A stretch of 64,000 bases of DNA from positions 896,001 through 960,000 of the forward strand of contig CBDFLJ010000002.1 of NCBI GenBank assembly GCA_965248835.1, read 5' to 3'. The DNA is from Alphaproteobacteria bacterium (lineage in GTDB: Bacteria > Pseudomonadota > Alphaproteobacteria > MPNO01). A program made the translations under genes and the position numbers. Each line of letters starts with the position of its first letter. The stretch's first letter is position 1. Positions 1-10,388 of the stretch are shown in pieces. Under the pieces are notes generated by a model, which saw only the letters and a list, made by a program, of their open reading frames with translations, was not told the DNA's origin and made no database searches.

Positions 1-902
1 TTCTTCATGTCGAAGGTTTCGGCCTGGATCTCGAATATCTTGAGGAGGTTGTTCACGGCCTCGTAGTCGCCCTTCTGGCGGACATAGTAGTCGAGGTAGT
101 CGCGCGCCTCCTTCTCGGTGTCGCGGCAGACGACATAGACATGGATCCAGCTCTGGATCTCGCGTCCGGCCTCGCGCGCCATGGCTTTGAGCGACTGGAT
201 CTGTGCCTTGCCACCCTCGATGTCGTGCTCGCTCAGGATGACGAAGTTCATGTCGGCCTGGGTGGCGGCGAACGCCCGACCGGCCGAGGACCCGCCCGCG
301 TTCATGATCGGCATCACCTTCTGGACCGGCTTGGGCTGGCTCCAGACGTTGCTGGCGGTGAACCAGCGGCCCTTGAAGTCGAACTCCTCCTCCTCGGTCC
401 AGATCCGCCGGGCGAATTCGAGCCATTCCGTGGCGTATTCGTAGCGCACGTCGTGCTCGCGCCACTCGGCGCCGAACATCTCGAACTCGTTGCGGAACCA
501 GCCGCAGACGATGTTGAGCGCGAACCGCCCGCCGGAGATGTGATCGATCGTCGCGCACTGCTTGGCCGCGGCGACCGGATGCACCAAAGGCACGTGCGAG
601 GTCGAGAAGATGCAGCTGTAATCGGTCACTGCGGCGACCGCCGAGGCCCAGGTATAGGTCTCGAAGGTGCGGTTGTTGAAGTTGGTCGGCCCGCCATAGC
701 CCTTCCAACGGCCGACCGGCAGCAGCACCTCGAGCCCCGCGCGGTCGGCCATCACCGCCACCTCGCGCGTGTCCGGCCAGGTCATCTCCCAACTGTTCTC
801 GGCCATGGTGATGGTCGAGCCGTGGCTGCAGTTCATCGCGATGATGCCGAGCTTCATCGCGTTGTCGCCGAACAGCGGGTTGGTTGTCTCAGCGCTTGGC
901 AT
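1..902 (-). CDS. LLM-class (luciferase-like) flavin-dependent monooxygenase, runs off window start
   Basis: Own translation MPSAETTNPLFGDNAMKLGIIAMNCSHG...ADRAGLEVLLPVGRWKGYGG...STSHVP...DHISGGRFALNIVCGW; RBS GGAGA upstream; not in ORF track because it is truncated. Confidence 0.85.
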   Translation of the reverse strand, partial: MPSAETTNPLFGDNAMKLGIIAMNCSHGSTITMAENSWEMTWPDTREVAVMADRAGLEVLLPVGRWKGYGGPTNFNNRTFETYTWASAVAAVTDYSCIFSTSHVPLVHPVAAAKQCATIDHISGGRFALNIVCGWFRNEFEMFGAEWREHDVRYEYATEWLEFARRIWTEEEEFDFKGRWFTASNVWSQPKPVQKVMPIMNAGGSSAGRAFAATQADMNFVILSEHDIEGGKAQIQSLKAMAREAGREIQSWIHVYVVCRDTEKEARDYLDYYVRQKGDYEAVNNLLKIFEIQAETFDMK

Positions 903-1023
903 CGGGTGGTCTCCTTCCGCGCCAGTGTGCCGAATTTCCCGTCCCGTTGCCAGGGGCCACGGGGTGCAAAGCCGGCACCGGGCGCCTAAGATCGGGCCGC
1001 GCAACCAACGGGAGGCAGCGCCG

Positions 1024-1599
1024 ATGCAAGTCCGCAAACTGTTCACGGTGGTCGAGGAGACGATGTCGGAGATGGGCCGCGAGGCGAACGAGCCGCTGAA
1101 GAAGGTCGCGGTCGTCGCCGTGGTCAAGAACCCGCTGGCCGGCAGCTCCTATGTCGAGGATCTGTCGGCGCTGACCGAGGCCTCCACCGCGATCGGCCAG
1201 CGGATTTCCGCGATGGCGGTGGCGGCGCTCGCGCCCTTTGCGCCGGACAGCTATGGCAAGGCGGCGCTTATCGGCACCGCCGGCGAGCAGGAGCACGGGG
1301 TGGCCATGCTGACCACCGTCTACGGCAACGCGATGCGCGAGGCGGTCGGCGGCGGGGCGGCCTGGATCTCTTCGTTCACCAAGCGCGCCGCGCCGGGCCA
1401 GGCGATTGACATCCCGCTTGCCCACAAGGACGCGCTCTACGTACGCTCGCACTACGACGGCATGACCATCCTGGTGCCCGACGCGCCCCTCGAGGACGAG
1501 ATCGCGGTGATCTGCTGCATTGCCAACCGCGGCCGGCTCAACCACCGGGTCGGCGGGCTGGCGAAACAGGACATCAAGGGCGAGGACGGACTGGTCTAG
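1024..1599 (+). CDS. Amino acid synthesis family (DUF1185-type) protein
   Basis: MQVRK...VVKNPLAG...SYGKAALIGTAGEQEHG...IDIPLAHKDALYVRSHYD...GRLNHRVGG; GGAGG upstream of ATG 1024. Confidence 0.8.
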   Translation: MQVRKLFTVVEETMSEMGREANEPLKKVAVVAVVKNPLAGSSYVEDLSALTEASTAIGQRISAMAVAALAPFAPDSYGKAALIGTAGEQEHGVAMLTTVYGNAMREAVGGGAAWISSFTKRAAPGQAIDIPLAHKDALYVRSHYDGMTILVPDAPLEDEIAVICCIANRGRLNHRVGGLAKQDIKGEDGLV

Positions 1600-1613
1600 A
1601 AGGGAACGTTATC

Positions 1614-2813
1614 ATGAAGACCGCAATCGTGAACCTGGCGAAGATCGTCACCGGCGACTGGCGCGAGCCGATTGCGCCGGGCGATTCGATCCTGATGGAC
1701 GACGGCCGCATCGTCGAGGTCGGCACCATCGAGGCCGCCAAAATCGAATCCTGCGACGTGGTGCTCGATGCCGGCGGCATGACCGCGATGCCGGGCATGA
1801 TCGACTCCCAGGTCCACAACACCTTCGGCGACTACACCCCGCGCCAGAAGACCGTGGGCTTCCTCGAAAGCTATCTGCACGGCGGTACGACCACCTCGAT
1901 CACCGCCTGCGAGGTCCATGTGCCGGGCCGGCCCTCCGACCCCGAGGGCGTCAAGGCGCTCGCGGTCGCGGCCAAGAAATGCTTCGACAACTACCGACCG
2001 GGCGGCATGCGGGTGCATGCGGGCGCCATCATCCTGGAGCCCGGCCTCGAGGCCGCGGACTTCGAGGAGGTGGCGGAGAAGGGCGTCTGGCTCGCCAAGG
2101 CCGGCTTCGGAAAGTTCCAGTCGCCGTTCGAATACACCCCCCTGGTCCGAATGGCCCAGAACGCCGGCATGATCGTCAACTGCCACACCGGCGGCGCCTC
2201 GATCCCCGATTCATCGGCGATCACCGGCGCCCATTTGATGGACATGCGCCCGGACGTGTCCTTCCACATCAACGGCGGCCCGGTCGCGATGCCGGACGAG
2301 GATTTCGCGCCGATCGTCAACGAGACCGACATCGCGCTCCAGATCTGCCAGGCCGGCAATATCCGCACCGCGCTGCTGTGCCTGAAGCTCGCCGTCGAGG
2401 CCGATCAGTACGACCGCTTTCTGATCGCCACCGACACGCCGACCGGCACCGGCGTGATGCCGCTCGGCATGATCAAGTCGGTGTGCGAGATGTCGTGCCT
2501 GTCCGAGCACCCGGCCGAGATGTTGATCGCGGCGGCCACCGGAAACGTCGCCAAGATCTATCGGCTGGATTGCGGTTTCCTCAAGCCCGGCCACGACGCC
2601 GACGTGCTGGTGCTGGACAACCCGCTCGGCTGCTCCAAGGACGACGCGCTCGGCGCGATCAAGAACGGCGACTTCCCGGCGATCGCCGCCTGCTTCACCG
2701 CCGGCGAGCCGCGCTTCATCGGCCGCAGCCGCAACACCCCGCCGTCCACCCGCAAGGTCGCCATCGCCCAGAACAACCAGCCCAACCTGTTCACCCCGGC
2801 GGCTCATGTGTGA
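1614..2813 (+). CDS. Metal-dependent amidohydrolase, enamidase-like
   Basis: MPGMIDSQVH, GDYTPRQ...ESYLHGGTT, CEVHVPGRP, HTGGASIP, HINGGP, TDTPTGTGVMPLG, GRSRNTPP. Confidence 0.8.
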   Translation: MKTAIVNLAKIVTGDWREPIAPGDSILMDDGRIVEVGTIEAAKIESCDVVLDAGGMTAMPGMIDSQVHNTFGDYTPRQKTVGFLESYLHGGTTTSITACEVHVPGRPSDPEGVKALAVAAKKCFDNYRPGGMRVHAGAIILEPGLEAADFEEVAEKGVWLAKAGFGKFQSPFEYTPLVRMAQNAGMIVNCHTGGASIPDSSAITGAHLMDMRPDVSFHINGGPVAMPDEDFAPIVNETDIALQICQAGNIRTALLCLKLAVEADQYDRFLIATDTPTGTGVMPLGMIKSVCEMSCLSEHPAEMLIAAATGNVAKIYRLDCGFLKPGHDADVLVLDNPLGCSKDDALGAIKNGDFPAIAACFTAGEPRFIGRSRNTPPSTRKVAIAQNNQPNLFTPAAHV

Positions 2814-2919
2814 GCGAGGCGGCCTTCAGGATGCCTCCTCCTCACCCGCGCGCCGCGGCGCGCCGCCCGGCCGGGGCAATGACCCGGAAATCGGTGAGTG
2901 CATTTAGGGGCGGTGCCAT

Positions 2920-3786
2920 TTGAACGACACCCTGCGCGGCATCCTCTGGATGGTCGTGGCATCGCTGTTCTATTCGCTGATCTATATCGCGGTGCGCAAG
3001 CTGACGGCGGAGTATGCCGTCTCCCAGGTCGTGCTTTTCCGCTCGCTGCTTGGCGGCGCGATCATGCTCTGCTGGCTGCTGTCGACGGGCCTGCGCGTCC
3101 TGCGGACGCGGCGGATGGGGCTCTACCTGGTCCGGGTTGCGATCGCCTATACCGGCACCGTGGGCTGGATGTACGGCATCGCCTGGATGCCCCTGGCCGA
3201 TGCCAATGCGCTGCTTTTCCTGATGCCGCTGTTCACGGTGGTCTTCGCTTCGCTGCTGTTGCGCGAGCGCGTCGCGCCCGACCATTGGATCGCGACGGTC
3301 GTGGGCTTCCTCGGCGCTCTGATCATCATCCGGCCCGGCATCGTCGATCTCGGTTTGCCGGCGCTTGCGACCATCTGGGCCGCGGCGAGCTTCTCGCTGG
3401 CGCTGGTGATGACCAAGTCGCTCACCCGGACGGAGGCTCCCAACGCGATCGTCTTCTACCTGTACGCCTTGATGATTCCCTTCGCGGCCGGGCCGGCAGC
3501 GCTCAACTGGCAGCCCATAACGACAGCCTCGCTGCCCTGGCTTGCCGCCCTCGGTGCGATGACGGTGGGTGCCCAGCAATGCTCGACCCGGGCGTTCGTC
3601 GCCGCACCGGCCAACGTGGTCGTCCCGATCCACTACCTGCAATTGCCGCTGATCGCTGTGCTGGCCTATTTCGTCTTCGGCCAATCGGTCGACCTCTGGA
3701 CCTGGGTCGGTGCCGCGGTCATCATCGGCTCGACCTATTACGTCACGCGCAGGTCAAGCCGCCGAGGAGACGATGATCGGAATTAG
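2920..3786 (+). CDS. DMT/EamA family transporter
   Basis: About 10 hydrophobic segments, LLLRERV and GFLGALIIIRP motifs; TTG start. Confidence 0.85.
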   Translation: MNDTLRGILWMVVASLFYSLIYIAVRKLTAEYAVSQVVLFRSLLGGAIMLCWLLSTGLRVLRTRRMGLYLVRVAIAYTGTVGWMYGIAWMPLADANALLFLMPLFTVVFASLLLRERVAPDHWIATVVGFLGALIIIRPGIVDLGLPALATIWAAASFSLALVMTKSLTRTEAPNAIVFYLYALMIPFAAGPAALNWQPITTASLPWLAALGAMTVGAQQCSTRAFVAAPANVVVPIHYLQLPLIAVLAYFVFGQSVDLWTWVGAAVIIGSTYYVTRRSSRRGDDDRN

Positions 3787-3864
3787 CCCTGTATTCGGGA
3801 AATCTCGGGTGAAGCCGGAGACGACCACGACGGGCAAGCCAGGCGCGCGGTCGCGGTCGAGAGC

Positions 3865-5487
3865 ATGACAGGGACCGAACATCCCTCGACGGCAGGTGTC
3901 GAACGACTCGATGCGGTCGTCGTCGGCGCGGGGTTCGCCGGGATCTACATGCTGCACCGGCTGCGCGAGACCGGCTTCAACGCGCGGTTGTTCGAGGCCG
4001 CTCCCGGTGTCGGCGGCACCTGGTACTGGAACCGGTACCCGGGCGCCCGCTGCGATATCGAGAGCATGCAATATTCCTTCCAGTTCTCCGAGGCGCTGCA
4101 GCAGGAGTGGGCGTGGACCGAGCGCTACGCCTCGCAGCCGGAGATCCTGTCCTATATCGAACACGTGGTCGAACGGCTCGACCTGGCCCGCGACATCCGT
4201 CTGAACACGCGGGTCGAGGCGGCGTTGTTCGATGAGGCGAGCAACGAGTGGGTCGTCGAGACCGATGCCGGGCCGAGCGTGCGGGCACGCATGTTCATCA
4301 TGGGTGTCGGCTGCCTTTCCGCGGTCAACACGCCGCATTTCGAGGGCTATGACGATTTCGCCGGGCCGATCTACCATCCCGGCCGCTGGCCCAAGGAGGG
4401 CGTCGACTTCAGCGGCATGCACGTGGGCATCGTCGGCACCGGATCGTCGGCGGTGCAATCGATCCCGCTGATCGCCGCCCAGGCCGAGCACCTGACCATC
4501 TTCCAGCGCACCGCGAACTATGTCGTGCCCGCCCAGAACCGGCCCCTGAGCCCGGAAGAGGTCGCTGAAATCAAGGCCGACTACCGCGGCTTCCGCGCGC
4601 GGGCCAAGCAGCGGCCAACCGCGTTCCTGTTCCCCTATCACACCGAGTCCGCGCTCGATACCTCGCCCGAGGACCGGCGTGTGCGCTACGAGGAGCAGTG
4701 GAAGGTCGGCGGCCTGCCGTTCCTGGGCGCCTTCGCCGACCTGTTGACCAGCGAGGATGCCAACAGGACCGTCGTCGCGTTCTGGCGCGGCAAGATTCGC
4801 GAGGTCGTCAAGGACCCCGAGACGGCCGAAACCCTGACGCCGGACGAGGTGTTCGGCTGCAAGCGGCTGTGCGCGGGCACCGACTACTACGAGACCTACA
4901 ACCGGTCGAACGTCACCCTGGTCGACGTGAGCGGATCGGGCGTCGAACGGTTCACGCCGACCGGGCTTCGCGCGGCAGGGCGGGACTATGCGCTCGATGC
5001 GATCATAACCGCCACCGGGTTCGACGCGATGACCGGCGGCGTGACCCGAATCCGGATCACCGGTATCGGCGGCCTTACGATCCAGGAGAAATGGCGCCCC
5101 GGCCCGAGCACCTATCTCGGGATGACGGTCTCCGGCTTCCCCAACATGTTCAACATCGCCGGTCCGGGAAGCCCCTCGGTGCTGGCGACCATGGTCACCG
5201 GGATCGAGCAGCATGCGGATTGGATCGCCGCGTGCATGTCCTGGATGCGCGCGAACGGCAAGACCCGCATCGAAGCCACGCCCGAGGCCGAGGCGGCGTG
5301 GGGCGAGGAGGTCGAGGCGGCGGCGCAGGCCTCGCTGCGCTCGACCTGCGATTCCTGGTATGTCGGCTCGAACATCGCCGGCAAAGCCCGCGTCTTCATG
5401 CCCTATATCGGCGGCTTCCCGAAATACGTCGCGATGTGCGATCGCGTCTCCGCCCGGGGCTACGAAGGGTTCACCTTCCAGGAATAG
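3865..5487 (+). CDS. Type I Baeyer-Villiger monooxygenase (cyclohexanone monooxygenase family)
   Basis: GAGFAG, GGTWYWNRYPGARCD, BVMO fingerprint FAGPIYHPGRWP, GTGSSA, ATGFD. Confidence 0.93.
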   Translation: MTGTEHPSTAGVERLDAVVVGAGFAGIYMLHRLRETGFNARLFEAAPGVGGTWYWNRYPGARCDIESMQYSFQFSEALQQEWAWTERYASQPEILSYIEHVVERLDLARDIRLNTRVEAALFDEASNEWVVETDAGPSVRARMFIMGVGCLSAVNTPHFEGYDDFAGPIYHPGRWPKEGVDFSGMHVGIVGTGSSAVQSIPLIAAQAEHLTIFQRTANYVVPAQNRPLSPEEVAEIKADYRGFRARAKQRPTAFLFPYHTESALDTSPEDRRVRYEEQWKVGGLPFLGAFADLLTSEDANRTVVAFWRGKIREVVKDPETAETLTPDEVFGCKRLCAGTDYYETYNRSNVTLVDVSGSGVERFTPTGLRAAGRDYALDAIITATGFDAMTGGVTRIRITGIGGLTIQEKWRPGPSTYLGMTVSGFPNMFNIAGPGSPSVLATMVTGIEQHADWIAACMSWMRANGKTRIEATPEAEAAWGEEVEAAAQASLRSTCDSWYVGSNIAGKARVFMPYIGGFPKYVAMCDRVSARGYEGFTFQE

Positions 5488-5576
5488 CCAAGCGACTCCG
5501 ACGTTGATCGTCCAAGGGTGCACGGCAATAATCGGGCGGTCTCCGCAGATGCAAGGCCCGACATGGGAGTGGCCCG

Positions 5577-6812
5577 ATGAACGAGTTGGTGCGCCGCTGG
5601 GAAGCGCCGCCGGACCTTCCGGCTACCCACTATCTCGATAATCGGATCCATACCGATTGGGAGGTCTTCAGGACCGAACAGCGAAAGCTGTTTGCCGATT
5701 GCTGGAAGTTCATCTGCCTGGACACCGAGCTTCCGGAGCCGGGCGATTATCGGGTCTCCGAGGTCGGCGGATTTCCGATCGTCACCGTTCGATCGACGGC
5801 AGGAGAGCTGCGCTCCTTCTTCAATGTCTGCCCGCACCGCGGCGCTCCCCTGGTTCGCGACGAGAACGGCCGTCTCGGGCGCGGCTTCCAATGCATGTAT
5901 CACCTGTGGACGTTCGATCTCGACGGCCGGTGCACATCGATCTCCCGCGTGGAGGGCTACAAGGCCGCCGGGCTGAACAAGCATAAGGTCGGTCTTCGTC
6001 CGGTACGGACAGCGGTGATCTGCGGCCTCGTGTTCGTCAGCATCAAGGACGATGTCGAGCCGATCGAAGACTTCCTCGGCCCGATGCACGATCATATGAA
6101 AAAGCACCTCGCGGCCGAGGCGCTCGAGGTGTTCCACTATCACCGGGCCGAAGTGCGCACCAACTGGAAGCTCTGGGTCGACAACAACTCGGAGATCTAC
6201 CACGACCTCATGCACGTGCTTAACCGCAAGACCGGTGTCGCCCATCCCGAGTACCACGAGCGCCGCTGGCGGCTTTATCCGAACGCCCACCACGTGATTC
6301 TCGAAGGTGCGATGAACTACCAGAGTGCCGGGCTGGACGGCAGAGCCAGCAACACCATTCCCGGAATCAGCCCGGACGGCATGATGATCATGGAGGTTTT
6401 TCCCGACGTGATGATCAACATTCGCGCGACCGCGATCCGCATCGATTCGATCACACCCATGGAACCGGGCCTCTCGCTGGTGGAATACCGGGGCGTCGGG
6501 CTCAAGAGCGACTCCGAGGATGTCCGCGAGATGCGCATCCGGCACCACAACCAGATCTGGGGGCCGGCCGGGCGCAACCTCCCCGAAGACATCGCCTGCG
6601 TCGAGGCGCAGTGGCGCAACATGTCGGTCGGCGCCTCGCGCTACAGCATCTTTGCACGCGAAGAGGACCTGCGGCCGCACGACGACTCCAACCTCCGCGC
6701 CTATTACCGGGAATGGGGTCGGCGCGTCGGCTACTGGCCGCACGACATCGACGCCCCGAGACCGGCCGAGCCGGTGAGCTTTGCACCGACCGGGCATGCG
6801 TTGTCGTCGTGA
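5577..6812 (+). CDS. Rieske non-heme iron oxygenase alpha subunit (MsmA-like)
   Basis: CPH-x18-CMYH Rieske motif; NWKLW..NNSEIYHDLMH mononuclear Fe site; GRNLPED. Confidence 0.85.
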   Translation: MNELVRRWEAPPDLPATHYLDNRIHTDWEVFRTEQRKLFADCWKFICLDTELPEPGDYRVSEVGGFPIVTVRSTAGELRSFFNVCPHRGAPLVRDENGRLGRGFQCMYHLWTFDLDGRCTSISRVEGYKAAGLNKHKVGLRPVRTAVICGLVFVSIKDDVEPIEDFLGPMHDHMKKHLAAEALEVFHYHRAEVRTNWKLWVDNNSEIYHDLMHVLNRKTGVAHPEYHERRWRLYPNAHHVILEGAMNYQSAGLDGRASNTIPGISPDGMMIMEVFPDVMINIRATAIRIDSITPMEPGLSLVEYRGVGLKSDSEDVREMRIRHHNQIWGPAGRNLPEDIACVEAQWRNMSVGASRYSIFAREEDLRPHDDSNLRAYYREWGRRVGYWPHDIDAPRPAEPVSFAPTGHALSS

Positions 6813-7282
6813 TCCACCGGCTTGAAATGCTCGAACAGCGCGAGCACATCCGCTCGCGGGTCGGCCTCAGCGTGCGGCTGCTGGACGCGTGCGCGTTCGA
6901 CGAGTTCGTTGCGCTGTTCGCTGAAGAGGCCGAATACGCGATCGAGGTCGCGACTCCGGAGATCAGACGCCAGTCCACCTGGCTTCGGGCGGACCGGGCG
7001 GAGCTTTCGAGACTCTTGTCCGAATCCTCCCAGCACATTCACGATCTTGCCTCGCGCTTTCATTTCGTGAACGTGGAGGAGATCGACATCGATCGCCAGG
7101 CGGCGTCGAGCCGTTCGCGCTTTATCGTCGTGCGCACCGATCTCCGCGGCCGCTCCGGCGTATACGCGATTGGCACTTACGAGGATGAATGGGTGTCGCG
7201 CGGGCAAGCGTGGATGATCGCCAAGCGCACGGTGAAGCTGCAGACCCGCATGATGGAGGCGCCAACACCCATGCCTCTGTGA
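6809..7282 (+). CDS. Oxygenase beta subunit (SnoaL/NTF2 fold, MsmB-like)
   Basis: GTGA overlap with alpha subunit; LLDACAFDEFVALF, GTYEDEW, RTVKLQTR. Confidence 0.75.
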   Translation: MIHRLEMLEQREHIRSRVGLSVRLLDACAFDEFVALFAEEAEYAIEVATPEIRRQSTWLRADRAELSRLLSESSQHIHDLASRFHFVNVEEIDIDRQAASSRSRFIVVRTDLRGRSGVYAIGTYEDEWVSRGQAWMIAKRTVKLQTRMMEAPTPMPL

Positions 7283-7511
7283 AAAGACCCGACGCGGCTT
7301 CGTGCGAGACCGGGTAAGACGACGCGTCGGCCAACCCGGCCAGGCCGCGCAAACGTTCCCCCTGACGGCCCGGGACGGTGCCAAGGGTTCACGCTGGTCT
7401 TCGCCCGCCGGGACCATGTTCCGTCACGATGCGGACGGGTCTGGGCTGGCGGGGCGCCAGGCTGTATTCTGCGCGGCGGCACGGGCCGGCACCGGCCGGC
7501 AAGGAGGGACG

Positions 7512-8849
7512 ATGGACGGAACGGCCTTTCCCGATTCCTTCCGCGACATGGTCGATGACCGCGTGGAGGAGGGCATCTTTCGGGTCGACCGCTCGGTCTA
7601 TACCGATCAGGCGGTGTTCGAGGCCGAGATCGAGCGCATCTTCGAGGGCGGCTGGGTCTTCCTGTGCCACGAAAACCAGGTCGAAAAGCCCGGCGACTAC
7701 TACGCCACCGAGATCGGCCGCCAGCCGGTCTTCGTGATGCGTGGCAAGGACGGCACGATCGGCTGCTTCATCAACGCATGCTCGCACCGCGGCGCGGTGC
7801 TCACGCCGCTCAAGCGCGGCAATGCCCGGGTGCTGACCTGCCGCTTCCACGGCTGGGCCTACGACATGGGCGGGCGCTGCATCAAGATCAAGAACGAGGA
7901 AGGCGGGTTCACCGCCCCCGACTTCTCGCGCGAGCGGTTCAACCTGCGCCCCGTCGCGCGGCTCGAAAGCTACCGCGGCTTCGTTTTCGGCAGCCTGGTC
8001 GAGGACGTGCCCCCGCTCACCGACTATCTGGGCGCCGCGGCCCGCTGGATGGATCTGCTCGATGCCCAGGCGCCGGACGGGCTCGAGGTGGTGCCCGGCA
8101 GCTCGACCTACGTGATCCGCGGCAACTGGAAGCTGCAGGCCGAGAACAGCGTCGATGGCTACCACGTCACGACGGTCCACCGCGTGTTCGGCAACACGAT
8201 CGCCAACCGTGAGATGCGCGATGCGACGTCGGGCTTGCGCCAGACCGAGGCCGGGCGCATCAAGGGCAACGTACCCACCAGCGCCTACGATCTGGGCAAC
8301 GGCCATATGGCGATCTGGGCGCTGCACACCACGCCCGAGGTCCGGCCGATCTACGAGGCCAAGGCGCGGCTGGAGGCGAGCCTGCCGCCGGCCGAAGTCG
8401 ACTGGATCCTCAACCGCGGCCGCAACCTCTATCTGTTCCCCAACGTGATGCTGATGGACAACCCCTCGACCCAGATCCGGCTGATGAAGCCGATCTCGCC
8501 GGACAGCGCCGAGGTGACCGTCTATTGCATCGCCCCCAGGGGCGAGAGCGACAGGGCGCGCGCCGCGCGGCTGCGCAAGTTCGAGGATTTTTATCTCACC
8601 GCAGGGATGGCGACGTCGGACGATGTCGCGGCGCTGGAGGCGAGCCAAGACGGCGCGCAAGCCCGGCTCAGCAGATGGAACGATTTCGCCCGCGGCATGC
8701 CCGATATCATCTACGGCCCCGACGCGGCGGCCCGCGAACTCGGCTTCGAGCCGGTGAGCTGCTGCCCGGACTGGGACCACGAAGGCCTGTTCCACGGCTT
8801 CTACCGTGCCTGGCTGGAGCGCATGGAGAACGGGAGCGCGCGGGGGTGA
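7512..8849 (+). CDS. Benzoate/anthranilate 1,2-dioxygenase-like Rieske alpha subunit
   Basis: AAGGAGG RBS; NACSHRGA..CRFHGW; GNWKLQAENSVDGYHVTTVH; RNLYLFPNV; GMATSDD. Confidence 0.88.
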   Translation: MDGTAFPDSFRDMVDDRVEEGIFRVDRSVYTDQAVFEAEIERIFEGGWVFLCHENQVEKPGDYYATEIGRQPVFVMRGKDGTIGCFINACSHRGAVLTPLKRGNARVLTCRFHGWAYDMGGRCIKIKNEEGGFTAPDFSRERFNLRPVARLESYRGFVFGSLVEDVPPLTDYLGAAARWMDLLDAQAPDGLEVVPGSSTYVIRGNWKLQAENSVDGYHVTTVHRVFGNTIANREMRDATSGLRQTEAGRIKGNVPTSAYDLGNGHMAIWALHTTPEVRPIYEAKARLEASLPPAEVDWILNRGRNLYLFPNVMLMDNPSTQIRLMKPISPDSAEVTVYCIAPRGESDRARAARLRKFEDFYLTAGMATSDDVAALEASQDGAQARLSRWNDFARGMPDIIYGPDAAARELGFEPVSCCPDWDHEGLFHGFYRAWLERMENGSARG

Positions 8850-9343
8850 GCGTCGACGCCGATCTCGAACGTGAGGTCGCCGCCCTGATCAACCGCGAGG
8901 CGATGCTGCTCGACCGCCACCGCTGGGAGGAATGGATCGACCTCTACAGCGAGGACGCGGTCTACTGGGTGCCGTCCTGGGCGAGCGAGGAGGAGACCAC
9001 GACCGACCCCGAGACCCAGCTCAACCTGATCTATCTGCGCAACCGCGGCGGGCTGGAGGATCGCGTCTTCAGGATCGAAAGCCGGGACTCCTATGCCTCG
9101 GTCCCGCTCGACCGCACGGTGCACGTTATCGGCAACGTCCTGGTCGAGCGCGCCGCGGGCGACGTGGTCGAGGCATCGGCCAACTGTCTCGTCCACACCT
9201 ACGGCAAGAAGGGCGCCAGCACGCGCGGCGGCCTCTATGACTTCGCCTTCCGGCGGGACGACGGCGTGCTCAAGATCACCCGCAAGAAGATCACTTTCAT
9301 CGACGATCGGCTCGAAGGGCCGATCGACATCTACCATCTGTGA
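8846..9343 (+). CDS. Aromatic ring-hydroxylating dioxygenase beta subunit (BenB-like)
   Basis: GTGA overlap; REAMLLD..RWEEW, YWVPSW, GLEDRVFRI, IDIYHL. Confidence 0.88.
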   Translation: MSVDADLEREVAALINREAMLLDRHRWEEWIDLYSEDAVYWVPSWASEEETTTDPETQLNLIYLRNRGGLEDRVFRIESRDSYASVPLDRTVHVIGNVLVERAAGDVVEASANCLVHTYGKKGASTRGGLYDFAFRRDDGVLKITRKKITFIDDRLEGPIDIYHL

Positions 9344-9350
9344 GGGGCCG

Positions 9351-10388
9351 GTGCTGGCGCTGTCCAAGATAGCGGCGGAGCCCGGCGGGATCGCGCTCGG
9401 CGAGGTCGCGCCGCGCGCGCCGGGGCCGGGCGAGGTCCGGCTCGAGGTCGGCGCGGCCGGGATCTGCGGCACCGACATGCAGATCTACAACTGGGCGCCG
9501 CGGATGGCCCGCCGCATGGCTCTGCCCCGCGTCCTGGGCCATGAGGTCAGCGGCACGGTCGCGGCGCTCGGCGAGGGGGTCGAGGGACTCGCGCTCGGCG
9601 ATTGCGTCGCGCTGGAAAGCCACATCTTCTGCGGCACCTGCCGGGCCTGCCGGCTCGACCGCGCCCATCTGTGCCACAACACCCGCTATCCGGGGATCGA
9701 TATTGACGGCGCGTTCGCCGAACAGGTCACGGTGCCGGCACGGATCGCCTGGAAGACACCGCCCGGCATGAAGCATGAGACCGCGGCCATGCTGGAGCCG
9801 TTCGGTATCGCGGTGCACGCCTGCCTCGCCGGATCGGGCGTTGCCGGGCAATCGGTGCTGGTCGACGGCTGCGGGCCGATCGGGCTGATGACGGTCGCCG
9901 CCGCCAAGGCGCTGGGCGCGCTCACGGTGATCGCCTGCGACGTCAACCCGCTGCGGCTGGAGGCGGCCGTCCGGATGGGCGCCGACCGGACCGCCAACGC
10001 GGCCGAGGACGGGCTCGCCGGGGTCGTCGCCGATGCGACGCGCGGCGCCGGGGTCGATGTCGGGATCGAGTATTCCGGCAGCGAGGCGGGGTTCGGCGCG
10101 GTGTTCGATGCGCTCGCCAAGGGCGGCGACTTCCGCCTGGTCGGCGGCCCGCCCGAGGCGATACCGGTCGACTTCACCTACTGGCTGCTCAAATGCCCCG
10201 TCATGCACACCATCCACGGCCGGCGCATCTGGCAGACCTGGCAGCGCGCGGGCGAGCTTCTGGCTTCCGGCGCGGTGGATCTCGGCCCCGTCAGGAGCCA
10301 TGTCCTTCCCTTGTCGGAGGCGCCGCGCGGTTTCGAGCTGATCCGCACCGGCCAGGCGCTGAAGCCCATCCTGGTCCCCGATCGATGA
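9351..10388 (+). CDS. Zinc-binding MDR dehydrogenase (threonine 3-dehydrogenase-like)
   Basis: GICGTD, GHE, structural Zn ligands C-C-C-C (CGTCRAC...C), EPFG, GCGPIG. Confidence 0.85.
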   Translation: MLALSKIAAEPGGIALGEVAPRAPGPGEVRLEVGAAGICGTDMQIYNWAPRMARRMALPRVLGHEVSGTVAALGEGVEGLALGDCVALESHIFCGTCRACRLDRAHLCHNTRYPGIDIDGAFAEQVTVPARIAWKTPPGMKHETAAMLEPFGIAVHACLAGSGVAGQSVLVDGCGPIGLMTVAAAKALGALTVIACDVNPLRLEAAVRMGADRTANAAEDGLAGVVADATRGAGVDVGIEYSGSEAGFGAVFDALAKGGDFRLVGGPPEAIPVDFTYWLLKCPVMHTIHGRRIWQTWQRAGELLASGAVDLGPVRSHVLPLSEAPRGFELIRTGQALKPILVPDR

